Below are positions 1 through 12,100 of a DNA stretch of 64,000 bases, one piece after another (positions within the stretch are counted from its first letter, which is position 1; each line of letters starts with the position of its first letter). Below the pieces are notes generated by a model. It was not told the DNA's origin, made no database searches, and worked only from the letters and a program-made list of their open reading frames with translations. Both the position numbers and the translations under genes were made by a program. This DNA comes from Mobula hypostoma (taxonomy: Eukaryota), in contig NC_086108.1 in assembly GCF_963921235.1 (NCBI RefSeq), positions 16,368,001 through 16,432,000 of the forward strand, written 5' to 3'.

Positions 1-320
1 CCCCTTGTTTGCTGGAGAAATTGTGGAAATCAAAATGCAAACTATTATCATATTTTCTGGGAATACCCCATTATCAAAGACTATTGGAGTGGGATACATA
101 ATGCTCTACAAGACATCTTTAAGTGTGAAATACCTTTAGAGAGTAAGACCAATATTTTGGGTATATACCTCAAGAATGGTTGTAACAAGATAAATATTTA
201 ATGAGTGTACTTCTGGTGACTGGTAAAAAGACCAGGAAATGGTTATCACAGGAGTGCCCAACTTTAAATGTATGGATGGAAAGTACAATGGACATTTACA
301 AAATGGAGAAGATAACTGCC
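1..320 (+). mobile_element. L1/Tx1-clade LINE ORF2 C-terminal fragment (degenerate)
   Basis: Translates CWRNCGNQNANYYHIFWEYP (CCHC-type knuckle region) and RKWLSQECPTLNVWMESTMDIYKMEKIT, typical of an L1-type ORF2 end. Confidence 0.7.
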
Positions 321-610
321 ACACACAAAGTTGCTGGCGAACTCAGCAGGCCAGGCAGCATCTCTAGGAAGAGGTACAATCGACGTTTCGGGCCGAGACC
401 CTTCATCAGGACTAACTGAAAGAAGAGCTAGTAAGAGATTTGAAAGTGGGAGGGGAAGGGGGAGATCCAAAATGATAGGAGAAGACAGGAGGGGGAGGGA
501 TGGAGCCAAGAGCTGGACAGTTGATTGGCAAAAGGGATATGAGAGGATCATGGGACAAGAGGCCTACGGAGATAGAAAGGGGGGGGGGGGGAGAACCCAG
601 AGGATGGGCA
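321..610 (-). mobile_element. Penelope-like element (Neptune-type) 3' end fragment
   Basis: Near-identical to 50742-51030, the 3' end of the RT+GIY-YIG element at 50705-53480. Confidence 0.85.
378..413 (-). ncRNA. Minimal type-I hammerhead ribozyme motif (PLE-associated)
   Basis: Minus strand reads AGUC-CUGAUGA-A-GGGUCUCGGCCC-GAAA-CG-UC-GAUU: core boxes, stem II, palindromic ACGU stem III and GUC cleavage triplet. Confidence 0.8.
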
Positions 611-873
611 TCAAGAGTTCCAAGTATTCAAAGTAAGAAACTTGCCTGAGTAAAAATCTCAGTCTCATGAAAAAATTGGGGGTTCAATTTTTATTCTATA
701 GTAACAAATCAGTATAATAATGGAGTACTGTATTGTCAAAAGTGCTATCTTCCAGATGAGATACAAAACTGAAGTAACATCTAATAGTAAAAATGATGGA
801 TTATCTGTTGTCTTGACAAATCTCTTTCCTTTGACCAAGGTAATCAAGCCAGATTATTTGGGCATTCTCATAT

Positions 874-2171
874 TAGAAACATAGAAAACCTACAGCACAA
901 TACAGGCCCTTTGGCCCACAAAGCGGTGTTGAACATTAGAAATTACCTAAGCTTACCCACAGCCCTCTATTTTCTGAGCTCCATGTACCTGTCCAGAAGT
1001 CTCTTAAAAGACCATATTGTATCCGCCTTCACCACCGTCGCCTGAAGCCCATTCCATGCACTCACCACTCTCTGCGTAAAAAGCTTACCTCTGACATCTC
1101 CTCCGTACCTGCTTCCAAGCACCTTAAAACTGTGCCCTCTCTTGCTAGTCATTTCAGCCCTGGGAAAAAGCCTCTGATTATCCACATGATCAATGCCTCT
1201 TATCATCTTATACACTTCTCTCAGGTTACCTCTCATCCTCCATTGTGGCAAGGAAAAAGGGCCGAGTTCACTCAACCTATTCTCATAAGACATGCTCCCC
1301 AATCCAAGCAACATCCTTGTAAATTTCCCCTGCACCCTTTCTATGATTTCCACATCCTTCCTGCAGTGAGGTGACCAGAATTGAGCACAGTACTCCAAGT
1401 GGGGTCTGACCAGGGTCCTATGTAGGGTCCTCTCGGCTCTTAAATTCAAATTCAATCCCATGACTGATGAAGGCCAATGCACCGTATGCCTTCTTAACCA
1501 CAGAGTCAATCTGCGCAGTACCTTTTGAGTGTCCTATGAACTCTCACCCCAAGATCCCTCTGATCCTTCACACTGCCAAGAGTCTTACCATTAATACTAT
1601 TCTGTCATCATACTTGACCTACCAAAATGAACCACCTCACACTTATCTGGGTTGAACTCCATCTGCCACTTCTCAGCCCAGTTTTGCATCTTATCAATGT
1701 CCCGCTGTAACCTCTGACAGCCCTCCACACTATCCACAACACCACCAACCTTTATGTCATCAGCAAATTTACTAACCCATCCCCCCACTTCCTCATCCAG
1801 GGATTTATAAAAATCACGAACAGCACAGGTCCCAGAACAGATCCCTGAGGCACACCACTGGTCGCCGACCTCTTTGCAGAATATGACCCTTCTACAACCA
1901 TTCTTTGCCTTCTGTGGGCAAGCCAGTTTCTAGATCCACAAAGCAATGTCCCTTTGGATCCCATGCCTCCTTACTTTCTCAATAAGCCTTGCATGGGGTA
2001 CCTTGTCAAATGCCTTACTGAAATCTACACACACTACATCTACTGCTCTACCTTCATCAATGTGTTTAGTCACATCCTCAAGAAATTCAATCAGACTCAT
2101 AAGGCATGACCTACCTTCACAAAGCCATGCTGACTATTCCTAATCATATTATCCCTCTCCAAATGTTCATA
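874..2171 (-). mobile_element. CR1 LINE, 5'-truncated 3' portion (RT end plus 3' UTR)
   Basis: ORFs with [16 protein letters not shown] and VRPHLEYCAQFWSP. Ends in a TTTCTATGTTTCTA tail. Frameshifted. Confidence 0.9.
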
Positions 2172-2262
2172 TTGCTATTCGTTAAAGCAAGTTGTACACA
2201 AAATGGCTAAATAGCATCCAACAAATGCACTTATTTTAATGAATGAAGCACTGCAGGTTATT

Positions 2263-3022
2263 CTGCAGCTTAATGTGAAAAAGACTAAGAAGCTGGTGGT
2301 GGACCTGAGGAGAGCTACGGCACCAGTGACCCGTTTCCATCCAGGGGGTCAGTGTGGACATGGTGGAGGATTACAAATACTTGGGGATACGAATTGACAA
2401 TAAACTGGACTGGTCAAAGAACACTGAGGCTGTCTACAAGAAGGGTCAGACCCGTCTATATTTCCTGAGGAGACTGAGGTCCTGTAACATCTGTCGGATG
2501 ATGCTGAGGATGTTCTACGAGTCTGTGGTGGCCAGTGCTATCATGTTTGCTGTTGTGTGCTGGGGCAGCAGGCTGAGGGCAGCAGACACCAACAGAATCA
2601 ACAAACTCATTCATAAGGCCAGTGATGTTGTGGGGATGGAACTGGACTCTCTCACGGTGGTGTCTGAAAAGAGGATGCTGTCCAAGTTGCATGCCATCTT
2701 GGACAATGTCTCCCATCCACTACATGACGTACTGGTTGGGCACAGGAGTACATTCAGCAAGAGACTCATTCCACCGAGATGCAACACTGAGCGTCATAGG
2801 AAGTCATTCCGGCCTGTGGCTATCAAACTTTACAACTCCTCCCTTGGAGGGTCAGACACCCTGAGCCAATAGGCTGGTCCTGGACTTACTTCCTGGCATA
2901 ATTTACATATTATTAATTAATTATTTATGGTTTTATATTGCTATATTTATACTCTGTTCTTGGTTGGTGCAACTGTAACGAAACCAAATATCCCGCGGGA
3001 TCAATAAAGTATGACTATGACT
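2263..3022 (+). mobile_element. Rex1/Babar-type LINE 3' fragment
   Basis: LQLNVKKTKKLVVDLRR and YKYLGIRIDNKLDWSKNTEAVYKKGQTRLYFLRRLRS. Ends AATAAAGTATGACTATGACT. Confidence 0.8.
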
Positions 3023-3192
3023 TAGCTTTTTCAAGCTGTGAAATAATAGCAGAACACTTGCATCACACGTACACACCTAGAGTCATTAATTCATGAAATC
3101 ACTCTGTTATTCATGCCCAAACACTTAATTACTCCACCCTAATAAACAGAAGGTTGCTGCAGTCAACTAATACTGTACAATTTTGTCCATAC

Positions 3193-3382
3193 CTGGTAGG
3201 AGATGCAATGAGGGTTTCTTCTGTAGGGCCATTAGAATCTTTCACTTGCTCAGGAACACCAATTACACTTTGTCCCAGGTCCAGTACCCTTCCTTCAGCA
3301 GAGGCTTGATCAGAACTACTTGCAGATGGCCATGTACTGTCATCCACAGGGGAACGTCGCACATTTCCCTTAACATCCACAC
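3193..3382 (-). CDS. CEP350: CEP350 coding exon (last in window), 190 nt, phase 1->2
   Basis: Inside ORF 3129-3389. Acceptor caattttgatag|GT GTG, donor ACC AG|gtatg. In frame with the preceding exon. Sequence similarity is weak, so the call rests mainly on splice phase. Confidence 0.75.
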
Positions 3383-3519
3383 CTATCAAAATTGAAAGAT
3401 GAATGTGTTAGCACGACGACAGTAAACATCTTCCAAATCTTCTTAAACCAACCAAAATTTGTTCAATGTCCATACAGAGCATTCCCTCCTCTTCTCCCTG
3501 GAAGAGTATGCGGTAATAA

Positions 3520-3880
3520 GAATGAGAATCTAATTTATTATCACTAACGTACATCTTGAAATTTGTTTTGCAGCAGCAGTACAGTGCAAGACATGAATAA
3601 TGAAATAACGCGTATAGACCATTTAGAAATCTGATGGCAGAGGGGAAGAAACTGTTCTTAATACATTAAGTGTGGGTCTCAGGTTTCTGGATCTCCTCCT
3701 TGATGAGGACATGTCCCAGATGGTGAGGGTCTTCAACTGATGCTGCTTTCTTGTGGCGTTGCCTCTCAAAGATGTTCTTGATGGCGAGGAGGATTATGTC
3801 CATGATGGAACGGGTTGACTCTGCAATACCCAGAAGCCTCTTGCAGCCCTCTGCATTGGAGGCTCCATACTAGCCTGTAG
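3520..3880 (-). mobile_element. Old Rex1/Babar-type LINE 3' fragment
   Basis: Diverged similarity to the 3' end of the element at 26564-28020. Confidence 0.6.
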
Positions 3881-3917
3881 TGCTGAGGGATGGAACAATA
3901 AAATCAGTATCACTTAC

Positions 3918-4075
3918 CATCTATTTTGATTTTCTTTCTTGAAGAACCGGATGATCGGGAGGAGGGTGTAGAACGGTGCACTGAAGATCGAGGGGACACT
4001 TCTCCAGGCCTTCTTTCTTGAGATTTTTTGCTGGGAAGCTCCTCACAGATACTGGAAGAACTGCTGGCACAACTA
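3918..4075 (-). CDS. CEP350: CEP350 coding exon, 158 nt, phase 2->1
   Basis: Acceptor gggtttctttag|T AGT, donor GAT G|gtaag. Ser-rich SCASSSSSICEELPSKKSQE...SSRSSGSSRKKIKID, in frame with both neighbours. Confidence 0.85.
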
Positions 4076-4294
4076 CTAAAGAAACCCAAAACAAAGATTA
4101 ATCAGAGCTCTATTTTCAAACAGACCTTCCGGAAAAAATTGTAGGAACTATGGCTCACCAGCAAAAGCTACAGAATATAACAGGTACAGGTACGCACATT
4201 CTAAATCAGTGATAGGGCAACATAAACACTGTAAAGTGTTCCAAAAACAAATTTTGGATTTTTTTAAAAAAAAGGACGGAAAAGAATTGAGTAC

Positions 4295-4592
4295 CACTAG
4301 AGCATAGTTATTAGCATGACACTATTATCGCTTAAGGTGTTCTGGAGTTTGGTGCTCAATTCTGGTGCCCTTTTGCAAGGAGTCTCTACATCCACCCAGG
4401 GTTTCCCCTGGGTGCTCCAGTTTCCTTCCACAGCCCAAACACATATTGGGTAGGTTAACTGATCATTGTCAATTGTCTAGTGATTAGGTTAGGGTTAATT
4501 CAGTTTGGCAGGGATTGCTGGGGCAGTGTTGCTCGAAGGGCCAGAAGGGCTTACTCCGCACTGCACCACTAAATAATAAATTAAATAAATAA
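4295..4592 (+). mobile_element. V-SINE (HE1-like) copy
   Basis: V-domain core GGGTTTCCCCTGGGTGCTCCAGTTTCCTTCCACAG, CR1-like tail AAGGGCCAGAAGGGC and (TAAA)n end. Confidence 0.7.
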
Positions 4593-4883
4593 GCGGCCTG
4601 AAAAAGACTAAGCATAAGGCATTGTAGTGCCGGTAGTCACAATGTCAGAGAGCACACTGGACAACATTGACATGTCAGCACATAAATTCCAATCTGTCAG
4701 AATGATTAGACTTTAAATAAACAAGGCAGAAATCAGTTAGAATCAAGGTTTATACCTCCTGCCCCAAATTGATGTAAATGGAAATGCAGGATCAGCATAC
4801 ATGCTAAACACCAGATGTATGAAGGTTTCCTAATGGATGGTTGAATCAAAATCACCACTGTATTGGTCTTCTACTCTTTCAGT

Positions 4884-6105
4884 TCTTATAAGCCCCTAGG
4901 GTTCATTTTTTCTATGGACTGTCACTTTAAAATGCCAAGAGAATGAGACTGACTTTTGAACACTGTTGGATTTCTACTGACTGCAAAATTGCTTGGTTAC
5001 TCTGGTGAGAGAGGTGGAGTTGTTTGATGGACAATGAATGTTTATGGTTTCTCGCAGCTTGTTTTGAATAAGCAAGGTCAGATGATCCTTTTACAGACAC
5101 ACACAGAACGACACATGCTCAGAGTCGAGATGGTTTCGATCAATGAAAGACACCAATGAGTGAGATTGCTGGTTTAAACTTTCAGTCACCCAAAAGGGGT
5201 GAGTTGAGATCGATCCAGAGTATTGATAATTGACTCTCACGAGTGCTGCAACTAGAAAAAGTTGGCAGAGAGACAGGAGAGAAAGATTTGAAACAGAAGA
5301 AACCTAGTGAAAAAGAGATCACTGTTTGGACTCTCTCCTAGTAGCCCGCAAGGGTGAGTTTGATTCCATTCGAATACGAAAGTGTGATTGTCACATAGTT
5401 AATCCACAGGAGTGGGTTCCCTGGTGAGGGGAGAATCTTTGTGAATACCATGTGTGTGTTTACCCTTTGAATGGGTGTGGTAGTTCACTGAAGAAAGGCA
5501 CCACTGTGACAAATCACTATTGGAGTTATTTCGTATGTCATGGAACTGGATAAGTGGCTATCACATTGTGTGTTTGGGGTAATCGTGTGGAATCTACCAG
5601 TGTGTCTACCCTTGCCTGGGTGATGGTTCCCTTGAAGATGGTCCCCTTTGTGATAAGCTACTGTTGGTGATACTTCGTGTGTGGAGTGGAACAACTTCGG
5701 AGATAAAACCTACTGCTATTGTTATTTTGTATTGCGGTCGTGGAATCTGTGGAATATCAACGTAATTGCCTTCTAACAACATTCATCTTGGATTACAAAT
5801 ATCTCCCTCATAACAACAACTTTGTGCATTAGAACTGAACTGAACTTCCTTACATACCATTATATGACTGTAATTCTTGCCACCTGAGCTTGAATAAGTT
5901 TGGGAACTTTATCTATACACCTATATGTGCATAACACTGCTAACTTTTGATCACCTGGTTAAGTTAATATATTTAGTAGTTACTAATAAAGATAGCGGAT
6001 TTTAACATCAAAACCAGACTCCAGGTGTGTCCTATTGCTGCTGATACTTTTACAGTGTTGCATGCATGTAACTGGTACTTTCCCCAGGGTTGCGTGTATG
6101 TGACA
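4884..6105 (+). mobile_element. Probable solo LTR (Gypsy-like), about 1.2 kb
   Basis: Ends ...GTGACA, with imperfect 4-bp flanking repeat CAGT/CAAT. 3' region AATAAA...CCAGACTCCA...TGCTG...GTAAC resembles the end of LTR 49249-50097. The 5' TG is mutated. Confidence 0.55.
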
Positions 6106-6209
6106 CAATATTCAGAGATAACTGATTACAGTTCATAGTATGGTTATAGAACTGAAAAGCTCAAAGGAAACCAAAATATTCCACCTGTTATTTTCAATTC
6201 TACGGAAAG

Positions 6210-7160
6210 TAACAGGACAGGGGAAATAAAGTGCTGTTGGCATGCAAACCTTTTTGCTAAGATGAGCAAGTCAACATGATTTTTAAAACAATCACTAAGA
6301 TTCAATGGACCCTGAATAGTAGAAGATTAACAGGCTGGTGTCAGACTCACAGTTTCACAATGTTTCAAAAGAGAAAAGCCACAGAATGCAGGAAAGTACA
6401 AATGGCAAAATTCACCTTGCAGAAAGGAGCAATAGTGCATTTTGGGAGGTGTGTCAACACCAGTGAATAAACAAGAAAACACAAAGGTTACCAGGGAACC
6501 TACAGATTGTTAAAGCAGCAACTGCATAAATTGGTTAAAAATGTAAAAGTAATGTTTTTCTTTATCAATTGAAACATGGAATACAAGAGCAGTGAAATTA
6601 CACCAGAATACTGTGCAACCCTTACTAGTCTACAGCTGCATTACTATGCATAGTTCAGCAACCATAATACAGGAAAGATGTGGGTCACAAGTGTAACTGA
6701 GTAGCGCAGGCTTTTTGGGTCACAAGAGCCTGTTATTGTGCTGTGTCTAAATAAAATAAAGTTACTGTTTGTACTGGGAAGTGTACACCAAAAGATTTTG
6801 ATGATGATGCTAGGACTAGAAATTTTTAGTTAAGATTGGATCAACTTTGATTGCTTTTTTTGGAACAGGAGGCTCAGGGGAGATATAATTACAGTACTTA
6901 AATTATGAGAGGCCTAGAATAAACAGGAAGGAAATACTTCATTTAACAAAGGGATTATTAATAGAGGATTAAACAAATTAGAGAGAAAAAAACATTCAAA
7001 ATATGGAATTCTCTGGAACTCACTGCATGAGGGGATGATAGAGGCACAACCCCTCATTGGTTTTAAAATGCACTTGAGATGTGTGCTCGCAGGATTAGTG
7101 AAAAGTAAAAGGAAGCCAGGAGCCTTTTTCCATCTAGCCAAACACAATGGCTGAACACCC
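6210..7160 (+). mobile_element. Ancient, highly degraded CR1 3' region
   Basis: Remnants such as VHFGR, ggaatacaagagcagtgaa, tacaggaaagatgt and ctctggaactcactgc, in CR1 order. Confidence 0.5.
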
Positions 7161-9181
7161 ACTTATGATTCTAATGTTTCAAGATTATTTAATTTCACTT
7201 CCAATATACAAGTGTAAAGGAGAACTGTTACTCCCAATCTGATGTAGCACAGAAAATACAATAAAGAATGCAATAATAAAAATAAACACATACACAAGGT
7301 TGTGCATATACAGGAGAAAATCGGCAGATGCTGAGATCTGAAGCAACACATTCAAAATGCCGGAAGAACTCAGCAGGTTAGGCAGCATCTACGGAAAAGG
7401 GGACTTCTTCCCTTCCTTTCCAGTCCTGAAGGTCCACAGATATTGGGATTAAATATACATCATGGTTATAAATGGTTTCATTTTTCTTTCAGAACTATGT
7501 GATGACAGAGGAGGAGTTGGTAGACTTTATGACAAAAAACAGCTTTTTTTCATCTTTAGAGAAAACTTGTTCTTTCAGTACTAGATATCAGACAGTGTTT
7601 GTGAGTCAAAGGTCAACACATGGTATTGATGGACTGGACTAGGTGATATTTGAGAGGGAAAAAATAAAATCTAACATGTCGGTATTTCAGTGGAATAAAG
7701 GAAATTACAATGACATGAGAGTGGAACTGGCCAAAGTTGACAGGAAAAGGATACATGCAGGAAGGACAGCAGAGCAGCAATGGCTGGAGTTTCTGCTAAA
7801 AATAAGGGAAGTGCAAGACAGGTATATTCCAAATAAGAATAAATTTTCAAAGGAAAGAAGGACACTAGTGGCTGACAAGTGAAGTCAGAGCCAAGGTAAA
7901 AGCAAAACAGAGGGCATACAAGGAAGCCAGAAGTAGTGGGAAGATAGAGGATTGAGGAGCTTTTAAAAACTTGCAGAAGGAAACTAAGGTGGTCATTTGG
8001 AAGGAAAAGATGAATTATGAGAGGAAGCTGACAACTAATATCAAAGATGATACTAAAAGCATTTTTAAGTATATAAAGGGTAAAAGAGAGTTGAGGCTAG
8101 ATATAGGACCAATACAAAATGACGCTAGAGATATTGTAATGAGAAATGCAGAGATGGCAGAGGAACTGAATACATATTTTGCATCAGTCTTCACAGTGTA
8201 AGACGTCCGCAGTATACTGGACATTCAAGAGCATCAGGGAAGTGAAGTTTATGCAGTGAAAATTACGACTGAGAAGGTGCTCAGGAAGCTTAATGGTCTG
8301 AGAGTGGATAAATCTCCTGGACCTCATGGAATGCACCCTCGGGTTCTGAGGAAAGTAGCTGGAGAGATTGTAGAGGTGTTAACAATGATCTTTCAAGAAT
8401 CGATAGATTCTGGCATGGTACTAGATGACTGGAAAATTGCATATGTTACTCCGCTATTTAAGAAGGGTGGGAGGCAGCAGAAAGGAAACTATAGACCTGT
8501 TAGCCTGACATCAATGGTTGGGAAGTTGTTAGAATCCATTGTTAGGGATGAGATTATGGCGTACCTGGAGGTAGATGACAAGACAGGCCAAAGCCAACAT
8601 GGTTTCCTGAAAGGAAGATCCTGCCTAACAAGGCCAACTGCAATTCTTTGAGGAAATTACAAGCAGGGTAGACAAAGGAGATGCAGTAGACGTGGTGTAC
8701 TTGGACTTTCAGAAGGCCTTTTACAAGGTGCCGCACATGAGGCTGCTTAGCAAGATAAGAGCTCATGGAATTACAGGGAAGTTACTACCGTGGGTGGAGC
8801 ACTGGCTGGTCAGCAGAAAACAGACAGTGGAAATAAAGGGATCCTATTCTGGCTATCTGCCGGTTACCAGTGGAGTTCCACGGGGGTCGGTGTTGGGACC
8901 GTTACTTTTTACGATGTATGTCAATGATGTGGACTACAGTATGAAGGGATTTGTGGCTAAATTTGCCAATGATACAAAGATAGGTGAAGGAGCAGGTAGT
9001 GTTGTGGAAACAGAGAGCCTGCAGAGAGACTTAGGTTGTTTAGGGGAATGGGCAAAGAAGTGGCAAATGAAATACAATGTTGGAAAGTGTATGGTCATGC
9101 ACTTTGGTGGAAGAAATAAATAAGCAGACTATTATTTAGATGGGGAAAGAATTCAAAATGCAGAGATGCAAAAGGACTTGG

Positions 9182-12100
9182 CTCAATGGAAGAAGCCAGA
9201 GAGTGGTAGTGGAGGATTGCTTCTCTGAGTGGAGGCCTGTGACTAGTAGTGTGCCACAGGGATCAGTGCTGGGTCCATTGTTATTTGTTATCCATATCAA
9301 TGATCTAAATGATAATGTGGTAAACTGGATCAGCAAATTTGCTGATGATACAAAGATTGGAGGTGTAGTGGACAGTGAGGAAGGTTTTCAAAGCTTGCAG
9401 GAGGATTTGGACCAGCTGGAAAAATGGGCTGAAAAATGGGAGATTGAGTTTAATACAGGCAAGTGTGAGGTATTGCACTTTGGAAAGACAAACCAAGATA
9501 GAACATGCAAGGTAAATGGTAGGGCATTGAGGAGTGCAGTAGAACAGAGGGATCTGGGAATACAGATACAAAATTCCCTAAAAATGGCGTCACAGGTAGA
9601 TAGGATCGTAAAGAGAGCTTTCGGTACATTGGCCTTTATAAATCAAAGTATTGAGTATAAGAGTTGGAATATCATGGTTAGGTATTTGGAGTATTCTGTA
9701 CAGTTTTGGTCACCAAATTACAGGAAGGATATTAATAAGGTTGGAAGAGTGCAGAGAAGGTTTAAAAGGATGTTGCCGGGATTTGAGAAACTGAGTTACA
9801 GAGAAAATTTGAATAGATTAGGACTTTATTCCCTGGAGCGTAGAAGAATGAAGGGAGATTTGATCATCATCATCATCATCAGGTGCCATGCCCAGTTTGA
9901 GCTTTGACTGCCATGGCCCACACACTCCTGTTTTGGGTCAAGTGGATCAATTCATTATATTCATTTCCAGTTCTCTGACTGCTGTCTCCATCATCATTTG
10001 TCTTTGTTTTCCCTTCAATCTTTCCCATAATTACCGTGCATTCTAACTCCTCTTTCCTAATCACATGTCCAATGAAGTTATGTTGCCTTTTCATGATCTC
10101 ATACATTATTTCTCTTTTTGTGTTTGCTCTGTTCATGACATCCTCATTAGATATTCGTTTCGTCCATGATATTCTTTGCATCCTCCTCAAAAACCACATC
10201 TCTGCTGCTACAATTCGTTTCCTCATGTTACTAGATATTGTCCAACATTCTGAGCCATATAACATAACTGGATAAACGTAACACTTCAGTACTCTGAGGC
10301 GGGTTGTCATGCCTAGTTTAGTATTGGTCAGTATATTCTTCATTCTCATAAAGGTGTCTTTTGCCATCCCTATTCTTCTTTTGATGTTCAAGTCGCACCT
10401 GCCATCTGATGTCACCCAGGGTCCTAAGTAGCAAAAGTTCTGTACTTGTTTTATGTCTTCCCCATTTATTCTCAGCCTGCAGATAGGATTCTCCTTCTTT
10501 TTGGATATCACCATGCATTGTCTTTTTGCAATTGATAGATAGACCCGTTTTTGCACTTTCTTCAACAATTATATCAATTAAGTTTTGTAGTTCTTCCTCC
10601 GTACTTGCAATTAACACAATGTCATCTGCATATCTGAAATTACTGATGTTTTCAATGCCAATTTTGATTCCCAAAATGTCTCTTATTTTTTGTAATATTG
10701 TTTCACTGTACACATTAAATAAATCAGGGAGAAAACACACCCTTGTCTCACACCTCTCTTGATTTTTGTAAACTGACTCACTTCTCCATCTATTCTTACA
10801 GCAGCAGTTTGTTCCCAGTACAGATTTCTGATTAGGCGGGGGTCTTTCGAATCTAGATCTAGAGTTTTCTGCAATATTTCAAATAACTTATTGTGCTTAA
10901 CTTTATCAAATGCTTTTGTGTAGTTGATAAAACAAACAAATCTTTTTGCACTTGAATAGCTCATTCTGATAGTATCCTTAACATCAATATTGCATTTCTT
11001 CTAGCTTTGTCTTTCATAAAACCACATTGTTCTTTGCCTATTTCAGCTTGTATCTTACTTTTAGCTCTTGCCATCAAAATTCTTAGAAGTATCTTGGTGA
11101 TGTGACTCATTAAACTTATGGTCCTATGTAATTCACAATCTATTGCTCCAGCTTTCTTAGGAAGAGTGATAAATACTGATTTTTTCATCTCTTCTGGTAT
11201 TATTCCAGTCTCATAAATGTCATTGATTAAATCAGTAAGTTTTTCAATTCCATAATCTTCAAGGGCGATAATTTGTTCTATTACTAATTCATCAGGACCT
11301 GCTGCCTTTCCTTTCTTCATCTTATTTATTGCATTATGAACTTCAGATTTTAAAATACTTGGACCTTCAATGTTTTTCTTAATTTCTGTTTTTTTGCCTG
11401 GATCATCTTCAAACAATTTCTGAATACACTCAGTCCATCTGTTCATAATCTCATCTTTATCCATGATAATAGTACTGTCCTTTGCTTTCAAACATCCACC
11501 TGAAGAACAGAGGAGCTTTTTACCAGTGATATTCTTGATTTGTTGATGTAACCTTTTTGGATCAGTAATAGGGATTCTTTCTATTTGCTCACATTCCTGG
11601 TTTAACCATTCTTCTTTGGTTTTTCGACATAAGCTTATAACTTTTTTTTATCTAAGGACTAATATTCTATAGGGGTGGCTTTCTTCCATTAGATTTTTGA
11701 TTTCATCAGTCATCCATTTATTTTTTGTGCTTTTTTCTTTTTTAGGAATCACTGACTTTGCTGATTCTACCAAGGCATCCTTTAGAGAGTTAAATTTCAT
11801 TTCTACGTGATTGCTATCATCTTCAACAGATTCTATTTCTAGACTTTGAAATCTATTCCTTACTTCAATTGTAAATTTTTGTCTCAAGTTTTCCTCTTCA
11901 ATTAATTGCAAGTAGTCAAGGGAGTGTTCAGGTTTTTGCTTCTTTAGTTTTTTAAGTTTTACTTTTACATGACATACTACTGGGTTATGGTCACTATTAC
12001 AGTCTGCACCTGGATATGTATTACATTGAGTCACTGAGTTTCTAAATCTTTGGTTTATAGTAATAAAATCAATTTGATTTCTAGTGTTATCACCTGGACT

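Noticed and set aside
264..636. Recurrent 60-130 aa ORFs (also 44610-45098 and 50756-51150) that look like a small gene family
   Set aside because: They are chance frames in the Penelope 3' UTR repeat and have no splice context.
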